From positions 15,929-79,928 of the forward strand of contig JAFPXD010000067.1 in NCBI GenBank assembly GCA_017394835.1: 64,000 nt of DNA. Direction: 5' to 3'. Positions within the stretch are counted from its first letter, which is position 1, and each line of letters opens with the position of its first letter. Shown piece after piece: positions 54,103-64,000 of this stretch. The position numbers were made by a program, and so were the translations under genes. Source of the stretch: Clostridia bacterium. Lineage in GTDB: Bacteria > Bacillota > Clostridia > Christensenellales > CAG-138. Under the pieces are notes generated by a model. That model was not told where the DNA came from, made no database searches, and worked only from the letters and a program-made list of their open reading frames with translations.

Positions 54103-55230
54103 ATGAAACGCATTGCCGCTTTAGCACTCGTAATACTGTCTCTGTTTTCGCTTATCGGCTGCCGCGAGCACCCCAATTCGGGCGCGCTCGGAAACGGCTG
54201 GGAGCCCGTTTCGAAAACGGAGCTTTCCTTCGCTCACGAATTTTCGATAGACGAGTACGAAGGCGGTTACAAGCTCGTTACCATCAACGACGGCGGCAGG
54301 TTCCTCATCGTACCGGAGGGAATGGATGCGCCCAAAGGTATCGCTTCCGATATAGCGGTGCTTAAAAGGCCCGTCCGGAATATCTATATTGCGGCAACAG
54401 CCGTTATGTGCCTTTTCGACGGGCTCGGCCGTCTCGACGCGATACGCCTTTCCGGCACGAAGGCCGAGGGCTGGTACATTGAGAACGCCCGTAAGGCGAT
54501 GGAATCGGGCTCCATTCTTTATGCGGGCAAATACTCACAGCCCGATTACGAGCTTATTTTGAAGGAGAATTGCCCTCTTGCCATTGAATCCGGCATGATA
54601 GGGCATGCTTCCGACGTGAAGGCACAGCTTGAAAAGCTCGGCGTGCCGGTGCTCATCGACCGTTCAAGCTACGAAACGCATCCTCTGGGGCGCACCGAAT
54701 GGGTAAAGGTTTACGGCGCGATCCTCGGCGAGGAGGAAAAGGCCGAAGCGCTGTTTCGCGAACAGGTCGCGCTTATGTCTTCCGTGGGCGGTACCAATAC
54801 GGGCAAGACCGTCGCTTTCTTCCGCATAAGCGGAACAGGCTATGCGGTCGCCCGCAGATCCGGCGATTACGTCAGCAAAATGATAGCACTTGCCGGAGGC
54901 GAATACGCGTTCAAGGATCTCGGCGGCGAAAGCGCCATGGCGACCGTTAATGTCGAAATGGAGACCTTCTTCGCCACCGCACGCAATTCCGATATAGTAA
55001 TTTATAACAGCACCATCGGCGGAGAAGTCGCCAATATGGATGAATTCCTGGCGCTCAATCCGCTTATGAAGGAACTGAAGGCCGTTCAAAACAGCGCCGT
55101 ATGGTGCACGCGTGAAAGCATGTATCAGCAGACTCTCAATATAGGCCGAATGATAAGCGAGCTCAACGAAATAATGAACGCCTCTCCCGAAGAAGATCCC
55201 GATCTCGTCTATTTCTTCCGTCTGCACTGA
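54103..55230 (+). CDS. BtuF-like ABC importer substrate-binding lipoprotein (cluster A-II / Peripla_BP_2 type)
   Basis: Signal peptide with lipobox LIGC. Two-lobe iron-siderophore/cobalamin binding-protein architecture. RBS AAGGAGG. Same riboswitch-controlled transcript. Confidence 0.8.
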   Translation: MKRIAALALVILSLFSLIGCREHPNSGALGNGWEPVSKTELSFAHEFSIDEYEGGYKLVTINDGGRFLIVPEGMDAPKGIASDIAVLKRPVRNIYIAATAVMCLFDGLGRLDAIRLSGTKAEGWYIENARKAMESGSILYAGKYSQPDYELILKENCPLAIESGMIGHASDVKAQLEKLGVPVLIDRSSYETHPLGRTEWVKVYGAILGEEEKAEALFREQVALMSSVGGTNTGKTVAFFRISGTGYAVARRSGDYVSKMIALAGGEYAFKDLGGESAMATVNVEMETFFATARNSDIVIYNSTIGGEVANMDEFLALNPLMKELKAVQNSAVWCTRESMYQQTLNIGRMISELNEIMNASPEEDPDLVYFFRLH

Positions 55231-55250
55231 TCTTCATTGATTCGTTCCCG

Positions 55251-55306
55251 CGCCTTTTTTGAGCGTTTCCGGATCCGGATCCGCCGTTCCTGAAAGGCGT
55301 TTTTTT
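55251..55306 (+). terminator. Probable intrinsic terminator (branched hairpin plus T7)
   Basis: CGCCTTT ... AAAGGCG stem enclosing the self-complementary CCGGATCCGGATCCG, followed by TTTTTTT. Confidence 0.5.
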
Positions 55307-55326
55307 ATGCCGAGGCTTTCGGCTTC

Positions 55327-55355
55327 TTGAAATATCGTTCCCGTTTTGTTAAAAT
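55327..55355 (+). promoter_or_regulatory. Sigma-A promoter (TTGAAA-17 nt-TAAAAT with TG extension)
   Basis: -35 at 55327-55332 and TGT then TAAAAT at 55347-55355. Confidence 0.65.
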
Positions 55356-55446
55356 GTTTTCGTATGCGGCCCTCTTCAAGCGATATGCTGATCAAAGAGC
55401 CCGTCATACGGCCGTAACAGCAGATCAAAGCCGGAGGTATTCGTTA

Positions 55447-56658
55447 ATGGTAAGATTTGATACGAGGGATAAAAAGCCCAAGCTTTACTGGCTTATTCCT
55501 TTTGCCGTCGTTTACGCGGCCTGTCTTGCTCTGCTTATCGCATTCGGCGGCGAGGGGTTTGCCGTTCCCATGTGCATTGCGACCATTGCTTTCTTTTCAT
55601 TGACCGCGGCGGCGCTTTTCCATGCGTTCAAGGAGCAGCTTAAATACAACCCTTATTCCTATAACACGATCTACTACATCGGGTTCGCGCTGTTTATCTG
55701 CACCGTCGTGATAACCAACGTCATCCTTCTTGCAAAGATGTTAGCGCATCCCGATTTATATAATGCCGAATACATTGTCAGCGATATTTGTTTTTCGGCA
55801 AGGAATTACATGTTTTTCTCCGCCCCCTTCATACTTGCTTTCTCGCTTGCGCTGTGCGTATCTAATATCTCTTTGCTTATGCACGAGCGCAAAAGGTTCG
55901 TGAATGTTTTGGGGATAATCCTCGCTCTGCTGCTCATCGCCGGAGAGGTGTTCCTGTTTATGTTTGACCGCTATGTGCAAGGCAGCCAGTTCGAGGTGAT
56001 GATGCACGATCTTGTGAGCAGCATATTCGCTTCTATCTATCTCTATTTCGAATGCATGGTGATAGGCGCCATTATCGCAAATATCATAGTGGTCAGCTAC
56101 AAGCCGGATCTTAACAAGGACTATATCATAATCTTGGGCTGCGGACTTCGCCCCGACGGCACCCCCTCTCCCCTTTTGAGAGGCAGGATAGAACGCGCTC
56201 TCGCCTTCTATAACAAGCAGAAGGCCGAAACCGGTAAAGAGCTCAAATTCATCGCTTCCGGCGGTCAGGGACCGAACGAGGTCAATTCCGAAAGCACGGC
56301 CATAAAGCGCTTTTTGATAGAAAAAGGGATCCCGGAAGAAATGATAATCGAGGAGGACCGCTCCTCCTCCACGTTGGAAAACATGAGGAATTCAAAGGAG
56401 ATCATCTTCTCCGAAGATCCCGCCGCAAAAGTACTGTTTTCCACCACGAATTATCACGTTTTCAGGAGCGGGCTTTCCGCGCGGCGCGTTAAGATGCGCG
56501 CCGTCGGGATAGGCGCTAAAACGAAATGGTATTTCTGGCCCAATGCCGCCGTGCGCGAGTTCGTAGGTCTGCTTTCCGCTCACCGTGTGAAGCAGGCCGT
56601 GATCCTCGGCAGTATGATCCTTTTCTATGTAATTCTCACCATCGCCGTTTACAGATAA
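55447..56658 (+). CDS. Multi-pass membrane protein with C-terminal DUF218 (YdcF/SanA/ElyC-like) domain
   Basis: About six TM helices, then DYIIILGCGLRPDG...ASGGQG...SSSTLEN, typical of DUF218. GGAGGT RBS precedes ATG 55447; the track start at 55327 lies on the promoter. Confidence 0.75.
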   Translation: MVRFDTRDKKPKLYWLIPFAVVYAACLALLIAFGGEGFAVPMCIATIAFFSLTAAALFHAFKEQLKYNPYSYNTIYYIGFALFICTVVITNVILLAKMLAHPDLYNAEYIVSDICFSARNYMFFSAPFILAFSLALCVSNISLLMHERKRFVNVLGIILALLLIAGEVFLFMFDRYVQGSQFEVMMHDLVSSIFASIYLYFECMVIGAIIANIIVVSYKPDLNKDYIIILGCGLRPDGTPSPLLRGRIERALAFYNKQKAETGKELKFIASGGQGPNEVNSESTAIKRFLIEKGIPEEMIIEEDRSSSTLENMRNSKEIIFSEDPAAKVLFSTTNYHVFRSGLSARRVKMRAVGIGAKTKWYFWPNAAVREFVGLLSAHRVKQAVILGSMILFYVILTIAVYR

Positions 56659-56682
56659 CGAACCGTCATTCAAGGAGGTAGC

Positions 56683-57339
56683 ATGAGCCGCGTCTATTCA
56701 AAATCCACTATGGATCCTTCCGGATTCGTACTGCTTTCGGATATCGTTCCGCAGATAATACAGGAGATCCGTTATTTCTCGACCTACAATTTCATAGGCG
56801 ACCGTATCGACGGTTATGAGGAACCCTGCGCGCTATGCACCAAGGAAGCGGCGCGGGCGCTCAAATCCGTCTCAAATGAAATGATGGTGCGCGGACTGCG
56901 TCTTAAAGTTTTTGACGCGTACCGCCCCGTCTGTGCGGTAAAGCATTTCGTGCTCTGGGGCATCGAGGATCAGGATATCCGAATGAAGCCCTATTTCTAC
57001 CCGGAGCTCGAAAAGCAGGAGCTGTTCGCAAAGGGCTATATAGCAAAGCTTTCAAGTCATTCCCGCGGCAGTACGATAGACCTCACCCTTCTCGATATGA
57101 AAACAGGCAAAGAGCTTGACATGGGCAGCCCCTTCGATCTGTTCAGCGAGGTTTCCCATCCCGCCAACAGGAGCGTTACCGAGGAGCAGTTCCAAAACCG
57201 CATGCTTCTGCAAAGGGCGATGGTCCGAAACGGCTTCCGCCCGCTCGACTGCGAATGGTGGCACTTCACTCTTGAAGACGAGCCTTATCCCGATACCTAC
57301 TTTGAGTTCCCCGTATCATCCGATTATCTTAAACGCTGA
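56683..57339 (+). CDS. D-alanyl-D-alanine dipeptidase (VanX/DdpX, M15D)
   Basis: Zinc ligand and catalytic motifs SSHSRGSTIDLTL and EWWHFTL. RBS AAGGAGG. Confidence 0.88.
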   Translation: MSRVYSKSTMDPSGFVLLSDIVPQIIQEIRYFSTYNFIGDRIDGYEEPCALCTKEAARALKSVSNEMMVRGLRLKVFDAYRPVCAVKHFVLWGIEDQDIRMKPYFYPELEKQELFAKGYIAKLSSHSRGSTIDLTLLDMKTGKELDMGSPFDLFSEVSHPANRSVTEEQFQNRMLLQRAMVRNGFRPLDCEWWHFTLEDEPYPDTYFEFPVSSDYLKR

Positions 57340-57355
57340 GCTTAATGAAACAATA

Positions 57356-57390
57356 ACGCCCGCATGGCTTTTAGCCGGCGGGCGTCTTTT
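57356..57390. terminator. Bidirectional intrinsic terminator
   Basis: ACGCCCGC-loop-GCGGGCGT followed by CTTTT; A-rich on the other side. Confidence 0.7.
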
Positions 57391-57456
57391 CCGTTTGCCG
57401 ATAGGCGACGTTTCGGAGCAGGGCTTGGCTTGTTTTCGGTTTCATGCGGCGTCGCC

Positions 57457-58479
57457 TTATACGATGAGCATCGCGTCGCCGAAAGAGAAGAACCTGTATC
57501 GTTCATCAACGGCGTGCTTATAAACGCGCATTATCTCCTCACGCGAGGAGAAGGCGGAAATGAGCATGAGCAGGGTGGATTCGGGCAGGTGAAAATTGGT
57601 TATAAGCGCATCCACCGCTTTGAACTTATAGCCGGGGGTAATGAAAATATCGGTCCATCCGCTGCCCGCGTGCACGACGCCGTTATCATCGGCGGCGCTT
57701 TCGAGAGTACGGCAGCCCGTGGTGCCTACGGATATGATCCTTCCGCCCGCACGCCTTGCGGAATTGATGAGTTCCGCCGCCTCCTCCGTTATCTGCCAGA
57801 ATTCGGAGTGCATGTGATGATCTTCAACGTTCTCCGCGGAAACGGGGCGGAAGGTCCCGAGCCCGACGTGCAGAAGCACGTCCGCAATAAAGACGCCCTT
57901 CGCGCGAATGGCTTCAAGCAGCTCGGGAGTGAAATGCAGTCCCGCGGTAGGTGCGGCGGCGGAGCCGTTATCGCGCGCATAGACGGTCTGATAGCGGGAT
58001 CTGTCCTCGAGCTTTTCGGTGATATAGGGCGGGAGCGGCATTTCGCCCGCGCGGTCAAGCACTTCCTCGAAAATGCCCTCATAATTAAGGCGGACTATGC
58101 GGTTGCCGTCCTCAAGGCATTCGAGAACGGTCACCGAAAGCTCGTCGTTCACTATGAATTCCCTCCCGGGGAGCGCCTTTCTTCCGGGCTTTACGAGGCA
58201 TTCCCAGTCGGTCTCGTTCACGCGGCGGAGGAGCAGGAATTCCATCGCTCCCCCCGTTCCTTCGCGCTTTGCATAGAGCCTCGCGGGAATGACCTTGGTA
58301 ACGTTGCGAACGAGCACGTCTCCCGGCTCCAGATAATCTATAACGTCATGAAAGATCCTATCCTCTATCGAGCCCGTCTCCCTGTTATAGACGAGCAGAC
58401 GGGACATATCGCGCTTTTCCGCGGGAGACTGCGCGATGAGTTCATGAGGAAGATCATAGTAAAAATCAGAAGTTTTCAA
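57457..58479 (-). CDS. queA: S-adenosylmethionine:tRNA ribosyltransferase-isomerase
   Basis: [19 protein letters not shown] start (TTG start codon), [11 protein letters not shown] motif. 340 aa. Confidence 0.93.
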   Translation of the reverse strand: MKTSDFYYDLPHELIAQSPAEKRDMSRLLVYNRETGSIEDRIFHDVIDYLEPGDVLVRNVTKVIPARLYAKREGTGGAMEFLLLRRVNETDWECLVKPGRKALPGREFIVNDELSVTVLECLEDGNRIVRLNYEGIFEEVLDRAGEMPLPPYITEKLEDRSRYQTVYARDNGSAAAPTAGLHFTPELLEAIRAKGVFIADVLLHVGLGTFRPVSAENVEDHHMHSEFWQITEEAAELINSARRAGGRIISVGTTGCRTLESAADDNGVVHAGSGWTDIFITPGYKFKAVDALITNFHLPESTLLMLISAFSSREEIMRVYKHAVDERYRFFSFGDAMLIV

Positions 58480-58491
58480 TTCGGTTTACCT

Positions 58492-59811
58492 TTATTCGAT
58501 AATAGTATAGACGAGCGGGAGCTCTCCGGGCTTTTCTTCGGAATAGTTGACGGCGCTTTCGATGAGCGAAACGGCTTCTTCAAGGCGGCTCTCGTCATTG
58601 ACGTAAAGCTCGGCTACGGGCTCTCCCTTTCTGACGCTTTCGCCGCAGCGTTTCTTCATCAGTATTCCGACTGCGGGATCGACCTTATCCTCCTTCCTGA
58701 ACCTGCCCGCGCCGAGCAGACAGGAAGAGACGCCCAATGATTTGGCGTCAAAGGAAGCAATATAGCCGTCATTCGGGGCGCATACGGATACTTTGCGTTT
58801 TACCGCAACAAGCTTTTCGGGATTTTCGACGTAACTTATATCGCCTCCCAGCGCTTCGAGCATATCGCAGAGCTTCCTGTATCCCGCGCCGGATACGAGC
58901 GCCTCTTCAAGCTTCCGTTTCGCATCCTCCGGGCCTTCGGCAAGGCCCGCGAGCATGAGCATCCTGCCGCCCAATGTCAAGCATACGGAAACGAGAGGAT
59001 CGTCCATGGGGACTTCACCGCGAAGGACCTCTATCGCCTCCTTCATTTCGAGGCCGTTGCCTATCGCCATGCCGAGGGGTCTGTTCATATCGGTGATGAT
59101 GGCGACTGTCCTGCGGCCGAGGCTGTTGCCGATAGAGACCATACTGCGGGCAAGCGCGGCGGATTCTTCGAGAGTGTTCATAAACGCGCCGTTGCCCGTC
59201 TTAACGTCGAGCACTATCGCATCCGCGCCTGCTGCAAGCTTCTTGCTCATTATGCTGGAAGCGATGAGCGGGATGCTCTTTACTGTGCCTGTCACGTCCC
59301 GGAGCTGATACATCTTCTTATCGGCGGGATCGAGATCCGTCGACTGGCCTATCACAGCGATGCCTATTCTGCGGACTATATCCTTGAACGTATCGAGGGG
59401 CTGTTCGACGCACACTCCCGGTACTGATTCGAGCTTATCGAGAGTACCGCCGGAATGTGCGAGCCCGCGACCGCTCATTTTGGCGACAGTGCCTCCGCAG
59501 GCTGCTACGAGCGGAGCCGCAACGAGGGTCGTGGTATCGCCCACGCCGCCCGTCGAGTGCTTATCCACCTTAACTCCGGGCAGATCGGAAAGATCGACCG
59601 TATCGCCCGAATGCATCATGGCCATTGTGAGATCGGCGGTTTCCCTTTCGGTCATGCCGCGGCAGCATACCGCCATCATGAAGGCGGACATCTGCGAATC
59701 CTCAACCTTCCCTTCAACAAGACTGCGAATGAGGAATTCAAGCTCCTCGGCGGTCATTTCACCGCAGTCCCTTTTCTTTTCGATGAGTTTTGTGACAAGC
59801 ATATCCTTCAC
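58492..59811 (-). CDS. pdp: Pyrimidine-nucleoside (thymidine) phosphorylase
   Basis: DKHSTGGVGDTTTL phosphate-binding motif and LIEKKRD N-terminus. Start is GTG 59811 or ATG 59802. Confidence 0.9.
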   Translation of the reverse strand: MKDMLVTKLIEKKRDCGEMTAEELEFLIRSLVEGKVEDSQMSAFMMAVCCRGMTERETADLTMAMMHSGDTVDLSDLPGVKVDKHSTGGVGDTTTLVAAPLVAACGGTVAKMSGRGLAHSGGTLDKLESVPGVCVEQPLDTFKDIVRRIGIAVIGQSTDLDPADKKMYQLRDVTGTVKSIPLIASSIMSKKLAAGADAIVLDVKTGNGAFMNTLEESAALARSMVSIGNSLGRRTVAIITDMNRPLGMAIGNGLEMKEAIEVLRGEVPMDDPLVSVCLTLGGRMLMLAGLAEGPEDAKRKLEEALVSGAGYRKLCDMLEALGGDISYVENPEKLVAVKRKVSVCAPNDGYIASFDAKSLGVSSCLLGAGRFRKEDKVDPAVGILMKKRCGESVRKGEPVAELYVNDESRLEEAVSLIESAVNYSEEKPGELPLVYTIIE

Positions 59812-59952
59812 GCGCCTTTCGGGCGGGCTCCTTTCATTTTCTTTAATGTGATTTTATCACGGAAACGCGCTTTTGTGAACTGTTATTTTGCTTAAAACAG
59901 CCCCGAAGAGCAAAAAACAACACATATATTGTTGAAATCGGCGATTTCTCGA

Positions 59953-59981
59953 TTTACTTTTACTTCAGATCGTGGTAAAAT
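59953..59981 (+). promoter_or_regulatory. Candidate sigma-A promoter of tig (TTTACT-17 nt-TGGTAAAAT); a second TGGTATAAT follows at 59981-59989
   Basis: Read directly from the sequence. There are two overlapping extended -10 elements. Confidence 0.5.
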
Positions 59982-60057
59982 GGTATAATATGGGGTCTTT
60001 GTGGGGATCCCGTAATAATGTTAACAAAAGGGCGTTCGCCCAATTACGGAGGAATAT

Positions 60058-61365
60058 ATGTCTGAAATCACCACCATCGAAACCGGTAAGGTCAAGCTGA
60101 CCTTCAAGCTTTCCGCCGAGGATTATACCAAGGCTCTCGTCGATGCTTATCACCGCATCGGCTCCCGCTACGCCATGCCCGGCTTCCGCAACGGCAAGGC
60201 GCCCCGCAAGATGATCGAAAAGCAATACGGCGACGCGGCTTTCTGGGATAAGGAGCTCGATATGGCCGTTGAAAAGGCCTGTGCCGAAGCCGTTGCCGAG
60301 CATAAGATCTTCCCCGCCCTCGCTCCCGAATACAGCATCATCAGCTATTCCGAGACCGAAGGCTGTGAGATAGAAGCTTCCATAGTCCTTGAGCCCACCT
60401 GCGAGCTTGGCGCTTACAAGGGTATAGAAGTCCCCATGCAGGAGTATAATGTTACGGAAGAAATGATCGACTCCGAGCTTGATAAACTCCGCCATGAGCA
60501 GGCCCGTATCGTTGCCGTTGAGGACCGTCCCCTCGAGGAGGGCGATACCGCCGTGTTCGATTTTGCCGGCTTTGTTGACGGCGAGCAGTTCGAAGGCGGC
60601 ACTGCCGAAAAATACAGCATGGTCATCGGTTCCCATCAGTTCATCCCCGGATTTGAGGAGCAGATGATCGGCATGACCATCGGCGAGGAAAGGGACGTTA
60701 ACGTTACCTTCCCCGAAGATTATCATGCCGAAAACCTGAAGGGCAAGCCCGCCGTATTCAAGGTAAAGCTCCATGAGCTTTCCCGCGAGGAGCTTCCGGA
60801 GCTCAACGATGAGTTCGCTTCCGAAAGCAGCGAGTTCGAGACTCTTGCCGAGCTTCGCGAATCCACCCGCGCAAAGCTTGACGAGCAGATGAAGAAGGAT
60901 CACGACCGCGCTTTCGAATCCGCCGCCATCCAGCAGGTCATCGACAACGCGAAGGTCGAGATGAACGAAGAGCTCGTTCATGCCGAAGCTCACGCGGAGC
61001 TCCACAACCTTGAGCATCAGCTTGCCGATATAGGTCTCAAGTTCGAGGATTACGCAAATTACATGGGCACGACCGTTGAGGATCTGCATCAGCGTTATCA
61101 CAAGATGGCCGAGGATCAGATCAGGGCGCGCTCCGTCATCCAGGCGCTCATCGACGCCGAGAAGATCGAGCCCTCCGACGCCGATTACGAGGCTGCCGTC
61201 AATTCCTATGCCGACCGTTCCGAGGGCTGGACTCCCGAAAAGGTCGCCGAAGAGCTTGCTCCCGACAAGCGCGTGAAGTACGGTCAGGCCGCTCTCTATG
61301 AGGCCGTGATCCGCTTCATCAAGGAAAACGCCGTCATCACCAAGAAAGAGAAGGTCGAAGAATGA
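60058..61365 (+). CDS. tig: Trigger factor
   Basis: N-terminal ribosome-binding signature [13 protein letters not shown], a central FKBP-type PPIase (FEGG...FIPGFEEQ), and a C-terminal chaperone domain. Confidence 0.95.
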   Translation: MSEITTIETGKVKLTFKLSAEDYTKALVDAYHRIGSRYAMPGFRNGKAPRKMIEKQYGDAAFWDKELDMAVEKACAEAVAEHKIFPALAPEYSIISYSETEGCEIEASIVLEPTCELGAYKGIEVPMQEYNVTEEMIDSELDKLRHEQARIVAVEDRPLEEGDTAVFDFAGFVDGEQFEGGTAEKYSMVIGSHQFIPGFEEQMIGMTIGEERDVNVTFPEDYHAENLKGKPAVFKVKLHELSREELPELNDEFASESSEFETLAELRESTRAKLDEQMKKDHDRAFESAAIQQVIDNAKVEMNEELVHAEAHAELHNLEHQLADIGLKFEDYANYMGTTVEDLHQRYHKMAEDQIRARSVIQALIDAEKIEPSDADYEAAVNSYADRSEGWTPEKVAEELAPDKRVKYGQAALYEAVIRFIKENAVITKKEKVEE

Positions 61366-61946
61366 ATTTAGTCCCCATTGTTGTAGAGCAGACCAATAAG
61401 GGCGAACGCTCCTACGATATCTACTCCCGCCTTTTGAAGGACAGGATACTGTTCCTGGGAGGCGAGGTGACCGATGAGGAAGCGAACCTTATCATCGCTC
61501 AGCTTCTTTTCCTTGAAGCGGACGATCCCGATAAGGATATCTTCCTTTACATCAACAGCCCCGGCGGCTCCGTTTCCGCAGGGCTCGCGATCTACGATAC
61601 CATCCGTTATCTCAAGTGCGAGGTCGTTACCATCTGCGTCGGTCTTGCCGCCTCAATGGGCGCTTTCCTGCTGGCTTCCGGCGCAAAAGGCAAGCGCAAG
61701 GCGCTCCCCAACAGTGAGATAATGATCCATCAGCCCTCCGGCGGGGCTTACGGCCAGGCTTCCGACGTTAAGATCCATGCCGATCACATAATAAAGACCC
61801 GCAGGAAGCTTAACGAGATACTTGCAGAGCGCACCGGCAGGCCCCTTTCCGTTATTGAGGAAGCTACCGAGCGCGATAATTTCCTTTCCGCCGAGGAGGC
61901 GCTAGAGTTCGGTCTTATAGATGAGATCGTGGCTCCCCGCCGCTGA
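61362..61946 (+). CDS. clpP: ATP-dependent Clp protease proteolytic subunit
   Basis: Catalytic Ser context [11 protein letters not shown] and His context IMIHQP. ATGA overlap with tig. Confidence 0.97.
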   Translation: MNLVPIVVEQTNKGERSYDIYSRLLKDRILFLGGEVTDEEANLIIAQLLFLEADDPDKDIFLYINSPGGSVSAGLAIYDTIRYLKCEVVTICVGLAASMGAFLLASGAKGKRKALPNSEIMIHQPSGGAYGQASDVKIHADHIIKTRRKLNEILAERTGRPLSVIEEATERDNFLSAEEALEFGLIDEIVAPRR

Positions 61947-61977
61947 CGTAAAGGGTAAAATTCTTTAGGAGAAATCA

Positions 61978-63240
<1,263 letters not shown>

Positions 63241-63251
63241 ACACCGAGATC

Positions 63252-64000
63252 ATGAAAACAGTACGTGCAGAATTTGAAGGTGAAGTCTTCTACGGCATCC
63301 TCGAAAACGGATGCGTGAAGCGTCTTGTCCGCGCGCCCTATGACGGCTTTGAGGAGGACGGCAGGATCTACCGTGAGGATGAGGTCCGCTTCCTTGCTCC
63401 CGCGGAGCCCACAAAGATCGTTGCGGTGGGCAAGAACTACCGCGCTCATGCCGATGAAATGGGCGAAGGTCAGCCCGAAGAGCCCCTGCTCTTCCTCAAG
63501 CCCTCCACCTCCGTCGTCGGCAGCGGCGATAACGTGGTCTATCCCAGGATCAGCCACAGGCTCGATTATGAAGGCGAGCTCGGCGTTGTCATTGGCAAGA
63601 AGTGCCATGCGGTGCAGCCCGGACATTCCGCGGAAGTCATATTCGGTTTTACCTGCCTCAACGACATAACCGCAAGGGATATCCAGAAGGCGGTCTCACA
63701 GTGGACCCGCGGCAAGGGTTTCGATACCTTCTGCCCCATCGGCCCGCATATCGAGACGGAGCTTGACGCTTATAACGCGCCCATCGAAACGAGGGTGAAC
63801 GGCGAGACCCGCCAGCGCTCCAACACCAACTGCATGACCCACGATATAGACAAGCTCATCTGTTACATAACCGAGTGCATGACCCTTTTGCCCGGCGACG
63901 TTATCGCAACGGGCACTCCCGAGGGGATCGGCTCTATGCAGAGGGGCGACGTTGTCGAAGTCGAAATAGGCGGCATTGGCGTACTCAGAAACACCATAGT
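63252..64000 (+). CDS. Fumarylacetoacetate hydrolase (FAH) family protein, 3'-truncated by the window end
   Basis: Not in the ORF track because no stop lies in the window. ATG 63252, translation MKTVRAEFEGEVFYG...KIVAVGKNYRAHADEMG...YEGELGVVIGKK...GTPEGIG carries FAH-family metal and substrate motifs. Confidence 0.8.
   Translation, partial: MKTVRAEFEGEVFYGILENGCVKRLVRAPYDGFEEDGRIYREDEVRFLAPAEPTKIVAVGKNYRAHADEMGEGQPEEPLLFLKPSTSVVGSGDNVVYPRISHRLDYEGELGVVIGKKCHAVQPGHSAEVIFGFTCLNDITARDIQKAVSQWTRGKGFDTFCPIGPHIETELDAYNAPIETRVNGETRQRSNTNCMTHDIDKLICYITECMTLLPGDVIATGTPEGIGSMQRGDVVEVEIGGIGVLRNTI

Noticed and set aside
55268-55284. CCGGATCCGGATCCG short tandem or palindromic repeat
   Set aside because: It is too short to be a repeat element. 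It is best explained as the inner stem of the terminator structure downstream of the BtuF-like gene.
57364-61101. 458-aa plus-strand ORF (57364-58740) and 378-aa minus-strand ORF (59965-61101)
   Set aside because: They are antisense shadows of queA/pdp and of tig respectively.

Overview
64-kb chromosomal segment, densely coding, moderately GC-rich by eye. It most likely comes from a spore-forming Clostridia-type Firmicute: spoVT, spoIIID, a T-box leader, near-consensus sigma-A promoters and Stickland-type ornithine genes are all present. I saw no rRNA, tRNA, CRISPR, transposase or phage genes. Content from left to right: (1) an ABC exporter fragment, spoVT, T-box-controlled leuS, an ECF S-component, uvrBA, a nitroreductase-like gene and rnhA. 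(2) An orphan tyrosine recombinase whose promoter lies inside a perfect 15-6-15 palindrome, followed by two uncharacterised proteins. (3) A complete B12- and PLP-dependent oxidative ornithine degradation cluster (ord-ortAB-oraSE-glmL-like-orr), extended by alr and a family-4 UDG. (4) lpd, a Sir2 deacetylase, a YtrA/GntR-ABC module with a 702-aa permease, a large lipoprotein, a VanW protein, a stand-alone E2-like acyltransferase with a degenerate active site, spoIIID and tgt-tsaE-tsaB. (5) A 13-kb operon of 12 overlapping genes on the minus strand (BtuCD-like importer plus cbiA-C-D-F-G-H-JET-B, cobD, cobQ) under a cobalamin riboswitch. (6) Divergent from it, a second cobalamin riboswitch controls three lipoproteins: an exported CbiK chelatase, an unknown tandem-repeat protein and a BtuF-like binding protein. 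(7) A DUF218 protein, a VanX-type dipeptidase, queA, pdp, tig-clpP-clpX and a partial FAH-family gene. The best candidate for an undescribed system is the riboswitch-gated all-lipoprotein operon at 52.0-55.2 kb. Many long ORFs in the track are antisense shadows of real genes and were rejected. All calls rest on motif and architecture recognition by eye; no database search was run.
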